Source: Psammoneis japonica
Taxonomy: Eukaryota
Length of the DNA stretch: 64,000 bases
NCBI GenBank assembly: GCA_008632985.1
Contig: QPGO01000011.1
Span: 496,001-560,000 of the forward strand
Direction: 5' to 3'
A program made the position numbers and the translations under genes. A model generated the notes under the pieces. That model saw only the letters and a list, made by a program, of their open reading frames with translations, was not told where the DNA came from and made no database searches. Below, piece by piece: positions 1 through 12,074 of the stretch (positions are counted from its first letter, which is position 1; each line of letters opens with the position of its first letter).

Positions 1-3000
1 TCAGCACGCATGCACAGGAAAGGGCAAGACCATTCATTCCTGCGGCCAGCTCGAATGGGCAAAACATGATGTCAACGATCGCTCTGTCAAGGTGCCCAAC
101 GGCTTGCAACATGTCGCCACCCCTGATGGCCATGTCACCCCAATTGACATCAAGGGTGGCCTGCCTCATGTTGCCATGTGACCCCACACTGACGCCGAAT
201 GGGACACCCTGCCCCATGTCATCCTTGCCGGTGATGACACATGGGATCCTTCCATCCTCGATCACTCTGTCACTGACGACGACCAGTGGTGCGACGCGAT
301 CTCTGACCTGCAGGACGATCCCACTGCCAACCTGTTTGACGAATGCGGCAACTGCCGTCACCGTGTTGTTGTCAACAAGGCCATCGTGTCCGCCTCCTTG
401 TCTGCCGATCACGCGTCCGCCCTCGATGACCACCTCATTCCGAATGACAACATGTTCTACGAGTGTCATCTGCATGCGATTGACCCCAAGGACGATGACG
501 TTCCGCCCCCGGAGCGCACTGTGCAGCCCAAGGACCCCCCCTGCGAGTCTCTTTGGCCTCACTTTGGTTTCCAACCTGCCGATGCGGTTCGTCGCACTTT
601 CGACTGCACCACGCAGTGCGCCCGCATGCCCGCCGGCACACACCTTAAGAAGGCCTGCAAATCGCCCAACCCTGCCCTCAATGTGCACCGCCGCAACGAG
701 CCTGTCGCCACTGACACCGTTCATGCCGACACCCCGGCCGTTGACTTCATCAGCGACCGTGCTCAAGTTGAGATCAGCAACAAGGTGCTCGGGATCCTGC
801 AAGCCCTCTTTGTCTCCAGCTGGCAAAGTGAGCCTCACCAGCAACACCAAAACTTTGCTGAACGTCGACACCAGACCGTGAAGCGCATGGCGAACACTGT
901 CATGGACCGTTTCGGTTCACCTGCCCACACATGGCTGCTGGCGCTCATGTGTGTGTGCTTCACACTCAACCACACAGCGTCCCCACATCTCCACTGGCGC
1001 ACGCCCCTCGAGACTCTCACTGGCTCCACCCCAGACATCAGCCCATTGCTTTGCTTTCACTGGTGGGAACCCGTGCACTTCCACCTCGATGACTCTGATT
1101 GGCCATCCGAATCCCGTGAGTTGCGTGGATGCTTTGTTGGCATTGCTGAGCACGTCGGCCACCAGATGACCTTCAAGATTCTCTCCGACGAGACTCAGAA
1201 GATCCTCTGCCGGTCCAACATATGATCTGCTGCCACCGATCCTGCCGTTCGAAACCTGCGTCTTGATCCTCCTGATGGGGAGCCACCTGAACCCATCATC
1301 AAATCTCGCCATGATGACAACCCCGTCGATTCACCCGATGGGGAGATCAGGACACCCAAGATGCCAGTTGACGGGCTCCAGTCCCAGGTGGGACTTTTTG
1401 TGACATTTGCCCCATGGAATTCTACGTGCGAGCTCTGTAGTTCGTACTCTGGTCAATGGACACATTTGTCTTCGACATGAAACAAACGGCCAAGTTTGCA
1501 GCACATGTGTCTCCATTCGCACTCGAAGTTTTGGACAATGCGCCTGCCCCACCATTCTTAAGACACTCGAGAATGGCGTGGAAGAAAAAAATGTTAAAAG
1601 TTGTTGAATGGATCGCCTGACAATTGGCACCAAAATGATGCAAAATTTCGCCAAAATCACGTAGAAATGTACGTGCGCGACATACGACGCGATTCAAAAA
1701 ACTGTCGATGTCACAGTTCAGCAGTGCGAGGTCCCACCCAGACCTGGAACGCATCAGTTTTCGATCCGCAAGACATCATCGGACACATCTTCCTCATGCA
1801 GCCACAAGAGGATGGACAACACCACAGAGCTCGCATCGTCAAGGCCGTCGAAGACCACGAATGGAAAGTGAACGGCAACCCCGAGCTCACCAAGTTCGTC
1901 TGCTCTGTCAACAACGACGAATACGAGGAAGTCCTGGCCTGCAATGACATCATGAATCACATTGAGCAAGAAGATGAAGACACTGCTGTTTGGAAATTTT
2001 GATGCATTGTGTCACACGAAGGACCTCTGAAGCCTCATGACCCAACCTGGAAAGGCTCAAGCTGCGACATTGTGCTTGAATGGGAAAGTGGGGAGATCAC
2101 GTCCGAGCCTCTTGCCATCATCGCCAAGGACGACCCTGTCACCTGCGCCATCTGTGCACGAGAGAATGGACTTCTCGACACTGATGGCTGAAAGCGGTTC
2201 CGCACCATCGCGAGGCGCCAGAAGAAGCCACTCCGCATGGCCAACCAAGCCAAGCTTCGCTCCTTCCGCACTGCACCTCGCCACAAGTGCGGATGCGAAG
2301 TTCCCCGGAACTGCAAGCACGCCATGTCACTGGACGAACGCAACAGCAACCACAAATGGGGAGACACAACTAATCTCGAGATGGACCAACTCGAGGAATA
2401 CGAAGTCTTTCATGACTGCGGGCTCTCCGAGTCTTCCACTCCTCCTGCGGGACACAAGAAGATCCGAGTGCACCCAGTGTGCATGACGTGAAACGCGACG
2501 GCCGCCACAAGGCATGACTCGCAGCCAATGGGCACCTCACGGATGCACCCATTGACATTGTCTGCTCCGGAGCAGTCTCCCTCCATGGCCTTCGGCTGAT
2601 GATTTTCCTGGCCGAACTCAACGAGTTGGAGACATGGGCCACCGACATTGGCAATGCCTGCCTTGAAGCCACCACCAAGGAGAAGCTGCACATTGCAGCT
2701 GGACCCGAGTTTGGCAAACTCGAAGGCCACATCCTTGTCATCCACAAGGCCCTGTGTGGGCTGCGCAGCTCCGGCCTCCGCTGGCATGAGCGCTTCGCCG
2801 ACTGCCTGCGAGCTGAAGGTTTCTTCCCCGCCGTGCCGAACCCGACATTTGGATGCGCAGGAACGGTGACCACTGCGAACATGTTGCCGTTTGTGTGGAT
2901 GACCTCGCCATTGCCATGAAGGACCCTCAATCTTTCGTCGACACTCTCACGGCAAAGTGCAAGTTCAAGCTCAAGGGTGCGGGACCGATTGAGTTCCATC

Positions 3001-4011
3001 TGGGCTGCAACTTTTCCCGGGATCCTGACGGCACCTTGTGCCTGTCTCCGCGCAAGCACATCGAGCGCATGGTCGACAGCTGCACATGACTGTTTGGGGA
3101 GAAACCTGCCACCAATGCCCTGTCACCTCTGGAGAAGGGTGACCACCCCGAACTGGACACTTCCGAACTGCTGGGGCCCGATGGCATTCACCAGCTCCAG
3201 TCTCTTGTTGGTTCACTCCAATGGGCAGTGTCCCTTGGTCGAATTGACATCACCACGGCCGTCATGTCACTCTCTGGCTTCCGAGCTGCGCCCCGTCAAG
3301 GCCACTTGGATCATGCCAAACGCGTCTGTGGGTGCCTCTCCAAGATGCGACACGGCGCTCTCCACGTTCGCACGGAAGAGCCCGACTGTTCGGATCTCCC
3401 TGCTCTGGCCTGTGAATGGATGCATTCCGTGTGCGGCAAAGCAGAAGAGATGATCCCGAAGAACGCTCCACCACCCCTTGGCAAGTTTGTCACTGCCACC
3501 CACTGCGTCGATGCAAACTTGCACCATTGCATGCTCACCGGATGCTCTGTCATGGGAATGCTCCACTTCCTCAACAAATTCCCGGCTGATTGGTTCTCTA
3601 AGAACCAAGCCACCGTGGAGACTGTGACCTGTGGGTCTGAATTTGTTGCCGCAAGGACTTGTGTCGAGCAGATTGTTGACCTGTGCATCACCCTGCACCA
3701 CCCAGGCATCCCGATCCGTGACATTGGTCACATGTTCGGTGACAACAAGTCGGTTGCAGACAGCGCCACCATCCCGCACTCCAAGTTACACAAGCGACAC
3801 ACCGCACTGTCGTTCCACCATGTGCATGAGGCAATTGCCTCTGGTTGCCTTGAGCTCCACTTCATCGAAGGCTCCCGCAACCCTGCTGACATTCTCAGCA
3901 AGCATTGGGGTTGCTCCCAAGTCTGGGGCCTTCTCTGCCCCCTCATGTTCTGGAACTTCATTCCATCCGAAGTCGAGTCTGTTTCTGTGACTCCTCAAGC
4001 AAACTGGGGAG
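1..4011 (+). mobile_element. Ty1/Copia (CoDi-like) LTR retrotransposon pol relic: integrase-RT-RNase H; 5' end outside window, inactivated
   Basis: Integrase (VATDTVHADTPA, ISDRAQVE, SEPHQQHQNFAERR), RT (WATDIGNACLEA, KALCGLRSSG, VCVDDLAIA) and RNase H (CVDANL, TCGSEFVAAR, MFGDNKSV, NPADILSKHWG) in Copia order. Stops, frameshifts and Tyr->Cys/His changes throughout. Confidence 0.95.
1370..1755. mobile_element. 386-bp non-autonomous TIR element (MITE) inserted in the Copia
   Basis: 25-bp imperfect TIRs (1370-1394 vs 1731-1755, 18/25 identical) and AGTT duplication (1366-1369, 1756-1759). Removing it restores ATG CCA GTT TTC GAT CCG (MPVFDP). Confidence 0.85.
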
Positions 4012-4603
4012 TGACAGGATTTGAGCAGGATTTGGGTGCGCACGAAATGTCGCGCGCTGTTTTAGTTTGCCACACACAGTTTTGTGTGCTTCAGTTCCGT
4101 GCATTCGCACGCGATGCAGTTTGCTTTCGAGCCACAAGGCTCACAAGAATGATGACAGCAGCCCGATTGTGCCGACTTGCACATCTTTCGGCTCCTGTGA
4201 CGGTCTCTGAGCAGAGACTCATCTGCCATTTAGACAGCAGTGAGGAGTCATTGTTTGAATTCTTGCCATTTGCCTTCAATTTCTGTCACAAATTGTGTGG
4301 CGGCATGCTGGACGACGCCATGGCGACTGCGATCAGGCTGCTGTGGTCCGACGACATTCCAACTTGGGCAAATGCGCTGCAACAACATGGACGGACCCCG
4401 CCCAGACTCTAGCCCCACTCCCAGCGCGAACCATGCAGTGGTTCGCCATGCAAAATCACGGATGCGCGCGACTGTTGCCCCGAACCATCACGTGGTTCGC
4501 TGCACGCCAGAAACGACCCGACACACAATGGCCAAAAAGGTAGAAGGTAAAGAGACATCTACAACAACTTTGCATCAGTCGATGCAGCAAAGTCTATTTG
4601 ACA
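4012..4603 (+). repeat. Putative 3' LTR of the Copia element
   Basis: Starts TGACAG immediately after purine tract GGGGAG (4006-4011) downstream of RNase H. Candidate end ...TTTGACA at 4603, where TpA returns. No 5' LTR in the window to confirm it. Confidence 0.5.
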
Positions 4604-5067
4604 ATGTGTGTGTGCTTTGTTTTAGTGGTTTACTACGTTCTTAAAAGTCTCCGTACTACTGCCGTCTTGTTCATCGTCGAACCACATTTTTCTGGTGAAT
4701 TTTGGCATTTGACCCGCTGGTACAAATTACACGTAGATTTTTACGCACGTCCTCCCGAACCAAATCATGGTTCGACAATTCTACGGGGTTCTTGGTACTT
4801 ATCTACGCAGCGAACCATTGAGTGGTTCGATAATATCTTCTGGTACTGTTCTACGGTGGTTTCTACGGGGTGATAAAATCACCGCCAACGAGCATGACGG
4901 TGATTTGACGGCGACCGTGCTTCATACACGAGTGGTTGCTGACAACATAATGCATTGGTAACGATGGCTTTTTGACTCTATTAAAAGGTTATATATGCGT
5001 AGGTACTACTTTATCGTGTCAGTCGCGAGTTTCACGTTGCGCAAGTTGCGAACCACTGAGTGGTTCG
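4427..5067. repeat. Five copies of palindrome CGAACCA-N5-TGGTTCG
   Basis: Copies at 4427, 4481, 4756, 4811 and 5049, plus a half-site at 4678. Confidence 0.9.
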
Positions 5068-5234
5068 ACGTTTTGCCCGAGTGGGGCTAGTAGATTCCCC
5101 CCGCCCCGCCCGCGGCGCGCGCTGGATGCCGTAGATGGAACCTTGAATGAAAGCTCGTTGCTCGTTGCTCGTTGTGGGTCTGCTATGTCAATTATAATCA
5201 ACAACGATAACAACTCTTACAATATAACGCAACC

Positions 5235-6212
5235 ATGTCAGCCAACGAAGCACCGGAAGAGAGGCAGCTACAGAGCAGACGACTTCACGATCGAGGTGGA
5301 ATTCCACAGTGGCTCTTCACGGAGCTAAGGAGAATCGAAGCAAATGACTCGACTCACACCGACTTGAACGTGCGGTACAGATACATTGGTACGGGAGGTT
5401 CCTACGCGATTCGGCGTGCACTCAAGAAAACACGTACCTTGAAAAGCATAACTGTGGGAGGAGTTGATCCTGAACCCGCGAGGAAAATTTTAGAGGGCAT
5501 TTGCAAGAATTCGTCTCTACGAGAAGTTCACGTGGAGCTCTTTTCAAACGATCCCACGAACGATGATGTACCGTACTTGTTGGGGAAAAAGTTAAAATCT
5601 AGAGAGAGCAATCTCGTCATTTTGAGGTTATTTTGGGGTCGTATTGGGACTCGAGGGCTAAGATCGATTGCGCGAGGTCTCGTGGTAAACACAACTCTAG
5701 CGGTATTGAATTTGGGGCACAACTCTTTGGGAAACGCCGGTACTATCCGGCTGTGTCGAGCTCTAGAACGCAATTCTACTCTGCAAGGCGTGTATTTGCA
5801 ACATAATGGAATTGGGCACGAGGGTGGACTTGCTATAGCTCAAGTTTTGAAGCAAAACACCAGTATCGAGACGATGAGTCTGGACGGGAATGACTTGGGA
5901 ACTGATGCCGTGTCAGAGTTTGGTAACGTATTGCAACGAGAAAACACGACCCTCAAGTTTTTGTACGTTAACGATGAACAGTCCTACAAGCACATTACGA
6001 TACAGATTGGATTCTGGTGTGCTCTCAATCGCGCTCATCGAAAGCATGCATGGGATGAGCAATTGCCTCAAGCAATGTGGTCAGCAATTCTTGCCCAAGT
6101 TCGAGACCGTCCATCCTTGCTTTATGGGTTGTTGCGAGAGAAGCCAGATTTGTTTTTGAACGCGAGTGGAAGTTTAAAGAGACAGTGGAACAATCGTGAT
6201 GAAAGCCAGTAG
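5235..6212 (+). CDS. RNI-like (NLRC3/CARMIL-type) leucine-rich repeat protein
   Basis: 325-aa intronless ORF with repeats NTTLAVLNLGHNSLGNAG, NSTLQGVYLQHNGIGHEG, NTSIETMSLDGNDLGTDA. Confidence 0.85.
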   Translation: MSANEAPEERQLQSRRLHDRGGIPQWLFTELRRIEANDSTHTDLNVRYRYIGTGGSYAIRRALKKTRTLKSITVGGVDPEPARKILEGICKNSSLREVHVELFSNDPTNDDVPYLLGKKLKSRESNLVILRLFWGRIGTRGLRSIARGLVVNTTLAVLNLGHNSLGNAGTIRLCRALERNSTLQGVYLQHNGIGHEGGLAIAQVLKQNTSIETMSLDGNDLGTDAVSEFGNVLQRENTTLKFLYVNDEQSYKHITIQIGFWCALNRAHRKHAWDEQLPQAMWSAILAQVRDRPSLLYGLLREKPDLFLNASGSLKRQWNNRDESQ

Positions 6213-6492
6213 TAAACAACACAATTCTTCAAAAGAGCAGTTTGCTCTATGTAACGGCCCCCGAGATTATAGACTTATGGGCAGCGAGGGTATTGGTTCT
6301 CTCGTGTGCTTTCCGAGTGACGCTAGCTAGTCACTCGGTCACCGACCACCCTTCCTCGCTTTATGGGTTGGTGCAAGGAAAGATGCAAAGGAAAGATCTT
6401 GGCGAGGGCAAGCAGTAAAAAACACATTCTAGCAGTTAACATTGGAAAGACATACACTCGTAATGTAGAAAAAAATCCAGAAAGTTCCCGCG

Positions 6493-9117
6493 TTACAGGA
6501 GCTTGCCGTGATGGCCCCCGAGATCATGAACTTCTGGTGGATAATGCTCTCGGTGTGTTTTTCGAGTGACACTTGTCACTCCGTTACCAGCGCTATTTGA
6601 GCATTCGTCATCCTGGTCGCGACTGCCGTCAATGTAGTAATTAAGCAACCGTGATGTGGCTGGATTCCCGGCGTCTACGCGGTGGTTGGGGTCGTTCTTC
6701 CTTCGTGCTTCCACAAAGTGTTTCTTGACATCAATAGCAAGCTTCTTGCCAAGCTCCACGCCCCACTGATCAAACGAGTTGATATCCCAGATAAAGCCCT
6801 GCACAGCCGTTCGATGCTCGTACATTGCAAGCAGCTGTCCAGTGGCATACGCCGTCAATTTCGGTAGCAAAAACGACATGCTTGGTCGGTTCCCCTTGAA
6901 GGTTCGGTGCTTAATAAGGTCTTCTCTGACACCCTCTGCTCGTACTTCTTCTGCTGATTTGCCGTTCGCAAGGGCATCGGGTTGTGCAAAAAAGTTACTC
7001 ATTAACTCGTCGTGCGCTGGTAGTTCCTCATTATCAAGGCAAAGGTCGTGCTGACTCTGCACAAAACCAATAAAGTCGCAGACGCATCGCTCTTGGCCCA
7101 TGTGCAAGAGTTGGAAAAACGAATGCTGACTATTTGTTCCCGGTTCACCAAAGTCGATCTCACCCACGTCATAATCGACCTCAATGCCATGGCGAGTCAT
7201 GTATTTTCCATTCGACTAAAACACAGGCACAGCAAATGGAAACATAACTGAGGATGCTTCCTCTCAATCAGAAATGCACATACTTCCATTTGTTGAATCA
7301 ACCTACCTCCATGTCTAACTGCTGAATGTGAGCAGGCAGCTTCAGCAAGGCTTCCGCATACGGAAGTGTCGTTCTTGTGTTGTACCCCATAAACGACATG
7401 TTCCAAACGCCGAGCATTCCCATGAGCACCGGTATATTTTTATCAAAGGGAGCACTGACGAAATGCCTGTCAATCGAGTTGGCACCCTGAAGCGGATACG
7501 AAAGAGCAGACAGTGAGAAATAGGGCTGCAATTCATGAGTGTCAATTCTTCAGAAGACATGAGAGCATACGAACCTTCAGAAACTTTTCAAACAGGTCAT
7601 ATCCATACAAGAGACTGATAGGGACGGCACCGGCAGCACTGCAAACACTGTAGCGTCCTCCTACCCAGTCCCAGAAGCGGAAAAAGTAGCGCTCGGTGTC
7701 AATACCAAATTTCTCCACCTCTTCGAGAGACGAGACAGATGCACAAGCCACCACATGCTTCCTTACAACTTCCTTATCATTGCCCATAAAGTCCCACAGC
7801 CACTGCCGCATGGTTCGAGCGTTGAGCATGGTTTCAGCAGTAGTAAAAGTCTTTGAGACAATGACAATCAACGTCTCTTCAGGATCAAGATCTGCGCAGG
7901 TACGCTCAACGTCAACAGGGTCGACATTGCTAAGAAATCTCAAGGAGTATCCCAAAGCCGCATTGATGCCCTCTGGCTCTGTTTTTAGGACTTCGTGAAT
8001 AAACTCGGGTCCCAAATAGCTTCCGCCGATTCCCACAGACACAATGTTACGAAGTCGCTTTCCAGTGTATCCACGGATCTCGCCAGAACGGATTGCTTCC
8101 GTAAAGTACTTTATTTGATCAAGGACTTCGTGAACTTCCCGTATTACATCCATGCCATCAACAAAGACAGTGCCAATCTGGTCACTATCCGCTCGAAGTG
8201 CAGTGTGTAAGACGGCTCGCTCTTCGGTAAAATTAATCTTTTCACCGTTTACCATTGCGTCAATCATGCCTTTGAGATTCTGTCTTTCCGCCAAATCAAA
8301 CAAGAGATCCATCGTCTCTGACGTGACGCGTTGACGGGCGAAATCGAGGTATACACCATCGTGTTCCGCATACATTTCGTCACAACGATCCTCATCCGCC
8401 AGTAGATCTCGCAAATGGGTTGCTTTGATGAATTCGGCATGTTTTTCTAGACGTTTCCATTCCGGAGTTGCTGACACGAGGGGATTTTCTCTGTCCAACA
8501 AGAGAGATTTAATGTCTGAGACAAGCTGCCTATTAGCCCGGTGATGTCTTTGGAATCCCTCGTGGTCTTCGAAAGGCATCGCTCCTTCTTCAACGTGAAT
8601 TCGTGGTCCATTGGGACCAAACGGCGATGGAATACTTATTTGAGGCATTTTCAGATTGCTAAGGGGGTTCTCACTCTGCTCTGCCTTTTCACTACCCTCT
8701 TCCATGTCACTAGCATGAGAGTCATCACTTTGATGTTGTATGAATCCAAATCTGGCCTTATCCGATGGTTCAATATTTTCTGCGTCTTTTTTGCTCTCAC
8801 GAGATGGTTTGGTCGAAGCATATAGCTGTGCCTGTGCGTGTCTGTAACCATTTCTGTTCCTCCGACTTGATTGATAGTCTATGCCAAACTGAAAGAATGA
8901 CCTATGTTGTGAATTATACCGTACTGTAGCGAAACTGGAAAGACATTTCACGTAGAAAAGGTAAGGGTTAGCTTTACCCGAACTCCGACGTCAAAGCTGT
9001 GTCAATTCTGACACTCATTCCGTCGAGACAAACTTACCTGCTTGTGATCCCAAAAAAAGATAAAACACAGATACAACAGAGAGCTGAGGTAACTCTTTGT
9101 ATTGATAAACGTCTCAT
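6493..9117 (-). CDS. GPI: Glucose-6-phosphate isomerase, predicted plastid-targeted; exons 9117-9038, 8934-7575, 7486-7307, 7215-6493
   Basis: Motifs [62 protein letters not shown] introns keep frame. Exon 1 encodes a signal peptide ending ITSS/F. Confidence 0.95.
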
Positions 9118-11443
9118 CTTGTTAACATGTGTTATTGGCTTTGGAAATCAAGAGATGTGTCGCATTGGCGAACAAACAGTGGCAACACAGCAAATGGGCG
9201 GGAAATCCGCGAGTTCAACACAAGCGGTGGTGGAAGCGGCTGAAGCTGGCGCACGGTGAAACAATGAAGCACTGGCATCGTAGACAATTAGTATCATTCT
9301 ACGTGCATACGTCACCGTTGTCACACCGCATTCCATCTGCATCTCCGGGTTGTTCGTTCTTTAGAGGTTGAAGCTGACAGGCACTGCATTTTGGTGCGCG
9401 ACAGTGCGCCTGAACGATTCTCCCTGCCGTAGTTACACTTCTTCTTCTCCGCAAGCTACGACTCCATGTAATTTCTCCTGACCTGTTGTGCTCCAACACA
9501 ACTGTCCATGCGGTCGTGCCCGCCCCGACCCCCATGGGCCATGGGGACCATGCCTTCACCTGCCCTAAAACAATGCACACAAGATCCCTCTTTCAAACCC
9601 CATGTCCCCCCTCGATGCCATCTGCGCCATCATCAAAACACTGCTCCCCCCCAGTGGTCTGCGCCACTCTTGCCAACAAGTTCATCTAGACCCTGCCGGT
9701 CTTCTTGCTGACCACCCCTTGAAATGCCCCACCGACATTGGTGATCAACTTGCCCCGGCTCCACACGACCACCGGAAGCCTACCCACCCACCAATTTTTG
9801 GCCATCGATGTCACTGTGCCACCAGCCCACCCGCCTCCTGCACCTGGTTTGCCGCCCCTGAAAACCTGTTAAAGAATGCTCACCTTAGCAGCACACAGGA
9901 CAAGCTCCTTGGTTCAACTGCATTGTCCACCTGCCACTCCGACATCATCCCCTCGATGCTGTCGACCAAGCAGGACTTTTCCTCCTCCCGCCCTCACCTT
10001 CGATCACCTGGGTGGTGTCTGGCACCACTTTCATGTCTTCTTCTTTGGCATCTTCACCACAACATCCTCTTCTGTCCCTCCTCTCTCTCCCAAACCACAC
10101 TGGACTGATCCATCTTCTCTCTCCAGCAACTCCCCAAGCTTCCTTCTCCACCTTCAAAAACTCACTCCCAGCCCCCTCTGACTTCCTCACACCCACTCCA
10201 ACAATGCCTGGAAACAAGTGTTGCCAGACTGCTTTGGCGCCTCCCATCATGCCACAAGAACCCCCCAGCTTTGGGCCTCACACATCCTCAGCCTTGACTT
10301 TGGTGTCACTCTCTCCACCCACCTCTCTGCACGCTGCCAAGCCCTCCTTCTCTGACACCCAATTGTCAACTCCCCCTCCCGACCATCTGTCCGCACCCTC
10401 TTTTCCTTCCACCACACACTCCTGCCAACCCACCCATTCCATCACCACAGACCCCTGACACATGCACAATTGAGGGTTTTGCTTCCATCAATGTCAGCTC
10501 ACATTGTGTTGACTGCCCACAGATGACAGCAGGTTGAAAATTCTGCATGAGAAAACAAATCTGCATCAACAAGGGAGCAAAGTCAAGCTGAGTTAATGGG
10601 GTGACACTGCTGAAGTGTCAACCAGTCATCTTTTTGCACACTGTGCCCACGTCAAAGGCTGCAACACAGTGCCCCCCACTGTCCTTTGTGCACTTTTTAG
10701 TGTGCATTGTCAAAATTGTCAACAAGTCGAATTTGAAAAATGCCAGCAACAGCACTCAACAAAATGCACTTGTTTTGTGTGCTGGGCTTTCATCTGACAT
10801 CTCATCAGCTTTTTTGCACAAGCTTCAATCAAATGCATGCAATGTTTGGTTCAATTGGGGCTGACATCTTTTTTTTGCGGTGCATGGTTTGGTTTCCTTT
10901 TAATGGTGGTCATCAGTTTGAAGTTGGTTTTAACTTTGTCCTCCATGCTCATGTGCATGCATCCCTTGCACATGTGCAGCTTGCCTCATGCATGCACACA
11001 GCCCATGCTCATTTTAAATTTTTCTTCATGCTTCCCAGATTTGCACAGCCCATTGGTTTGCGGTGTTTTCAGCTTTTTTTTCACGTGTGCAATTTTCTGC
11101 ACACTTCACAACAGCGCACCTTCTCCTCAAATGTCAGAAAGCAACAGCGTGCTGCCATGATTCATGTGGATTCCACGTGTGGTCACAAATCTGCAAATTG
11201 ACAACCTGCCATGATGGTGAAAGACTTTGCCCCATTGGCCAATGACAGCAGCTCAGTGCAGGGTGAGACCTGCTGTCCTTCTGGTGGTTGGTCAAGATGG
11301 GTTTTGATTGGGGTGTTGCTTGAGTTTTGTCATCCAGAACACCAAGCCAGCAGCACGCCATTGTGTGTGTGCACATCACAAACTTTTCTGCAGCAATGGC
11401 ACAATGGCACATGTCAGAGTTTTGCTTCCAGAATCATTGCAAG

Positions 11444-11750
11444 TCACCACAAATGACACTCTTCAAACAAGGCATGTGCAAAAAGAGGTTCATTGGTTTT
11501 TGATGCATTTGCCAGCAAGAGTGCACCTGTCTTCTCCAATTTTCATGTCCAGATCCAGAAAGACTGCAGGCGGTGCTTGTTCCCACAGCTCTCAGAATCA
11601 CATGCATGAAGCGGGGCTCACCACAAATGACACTCTTCAAACAAGGCATGTGCAAAAAGAGGTTTGTTGGTTTTTGATGTGTTCACTGATGTTGCACCCG
11701 TCTTCTTCCAATTTTTGTGCCCAGATGCAGAAAGAGGACTGCAGAGGTGG
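11444..11750 (+). repeat. Two-copy direct repeat, period ~174 bp
   Basis: Identical 47-mer tcaccacaaatgacactcttcaaacaaggcatgtgcaaaaagaggtt at 11444 and 11618, followed by diverged but alignable sequence. Confidence 0.9.
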
Positions 11751-12074
11751 AGAGTGGGGAGGCAACCCATTGGAGGTTGCCTGAGTTGCAAAGCTCATTT
11801 TTAAAGGCCTCCCAAATCTCTCCACTGTTTCTGGTCCATGCTCCAAACACATCATTGATGGACCATCTGCAGCACAGGAGGTGTGGGGTGAACTCAGTCA
11901 TTGCCACATGACTTGTCATTCATGCAGTGCCTTGCCCAGTGTTGCACACATGCAGGTGGTGCTTGTTCCCACAGTTGTTCTGGCAAGTGCATTCTGTGGG
12001 CAGGGGTGGAACGGGGCACTTGACATTGCACACCAGTGTCCACGTTGCTCCAGAACAAGTGGCGCCAGATGCAC

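Noticed and set aside
1..4000. Alternative genetic code or RNA editing restoring Tyr
   Set aside because: Host genes use TAY and TAA/TAG normally, and the element also has stops, frameshifts and an insertion.
4427..5067. CRISPR array
   Set aside because: Eukaryotic context, irregular spacing, variable repeat centre and no cas genes.
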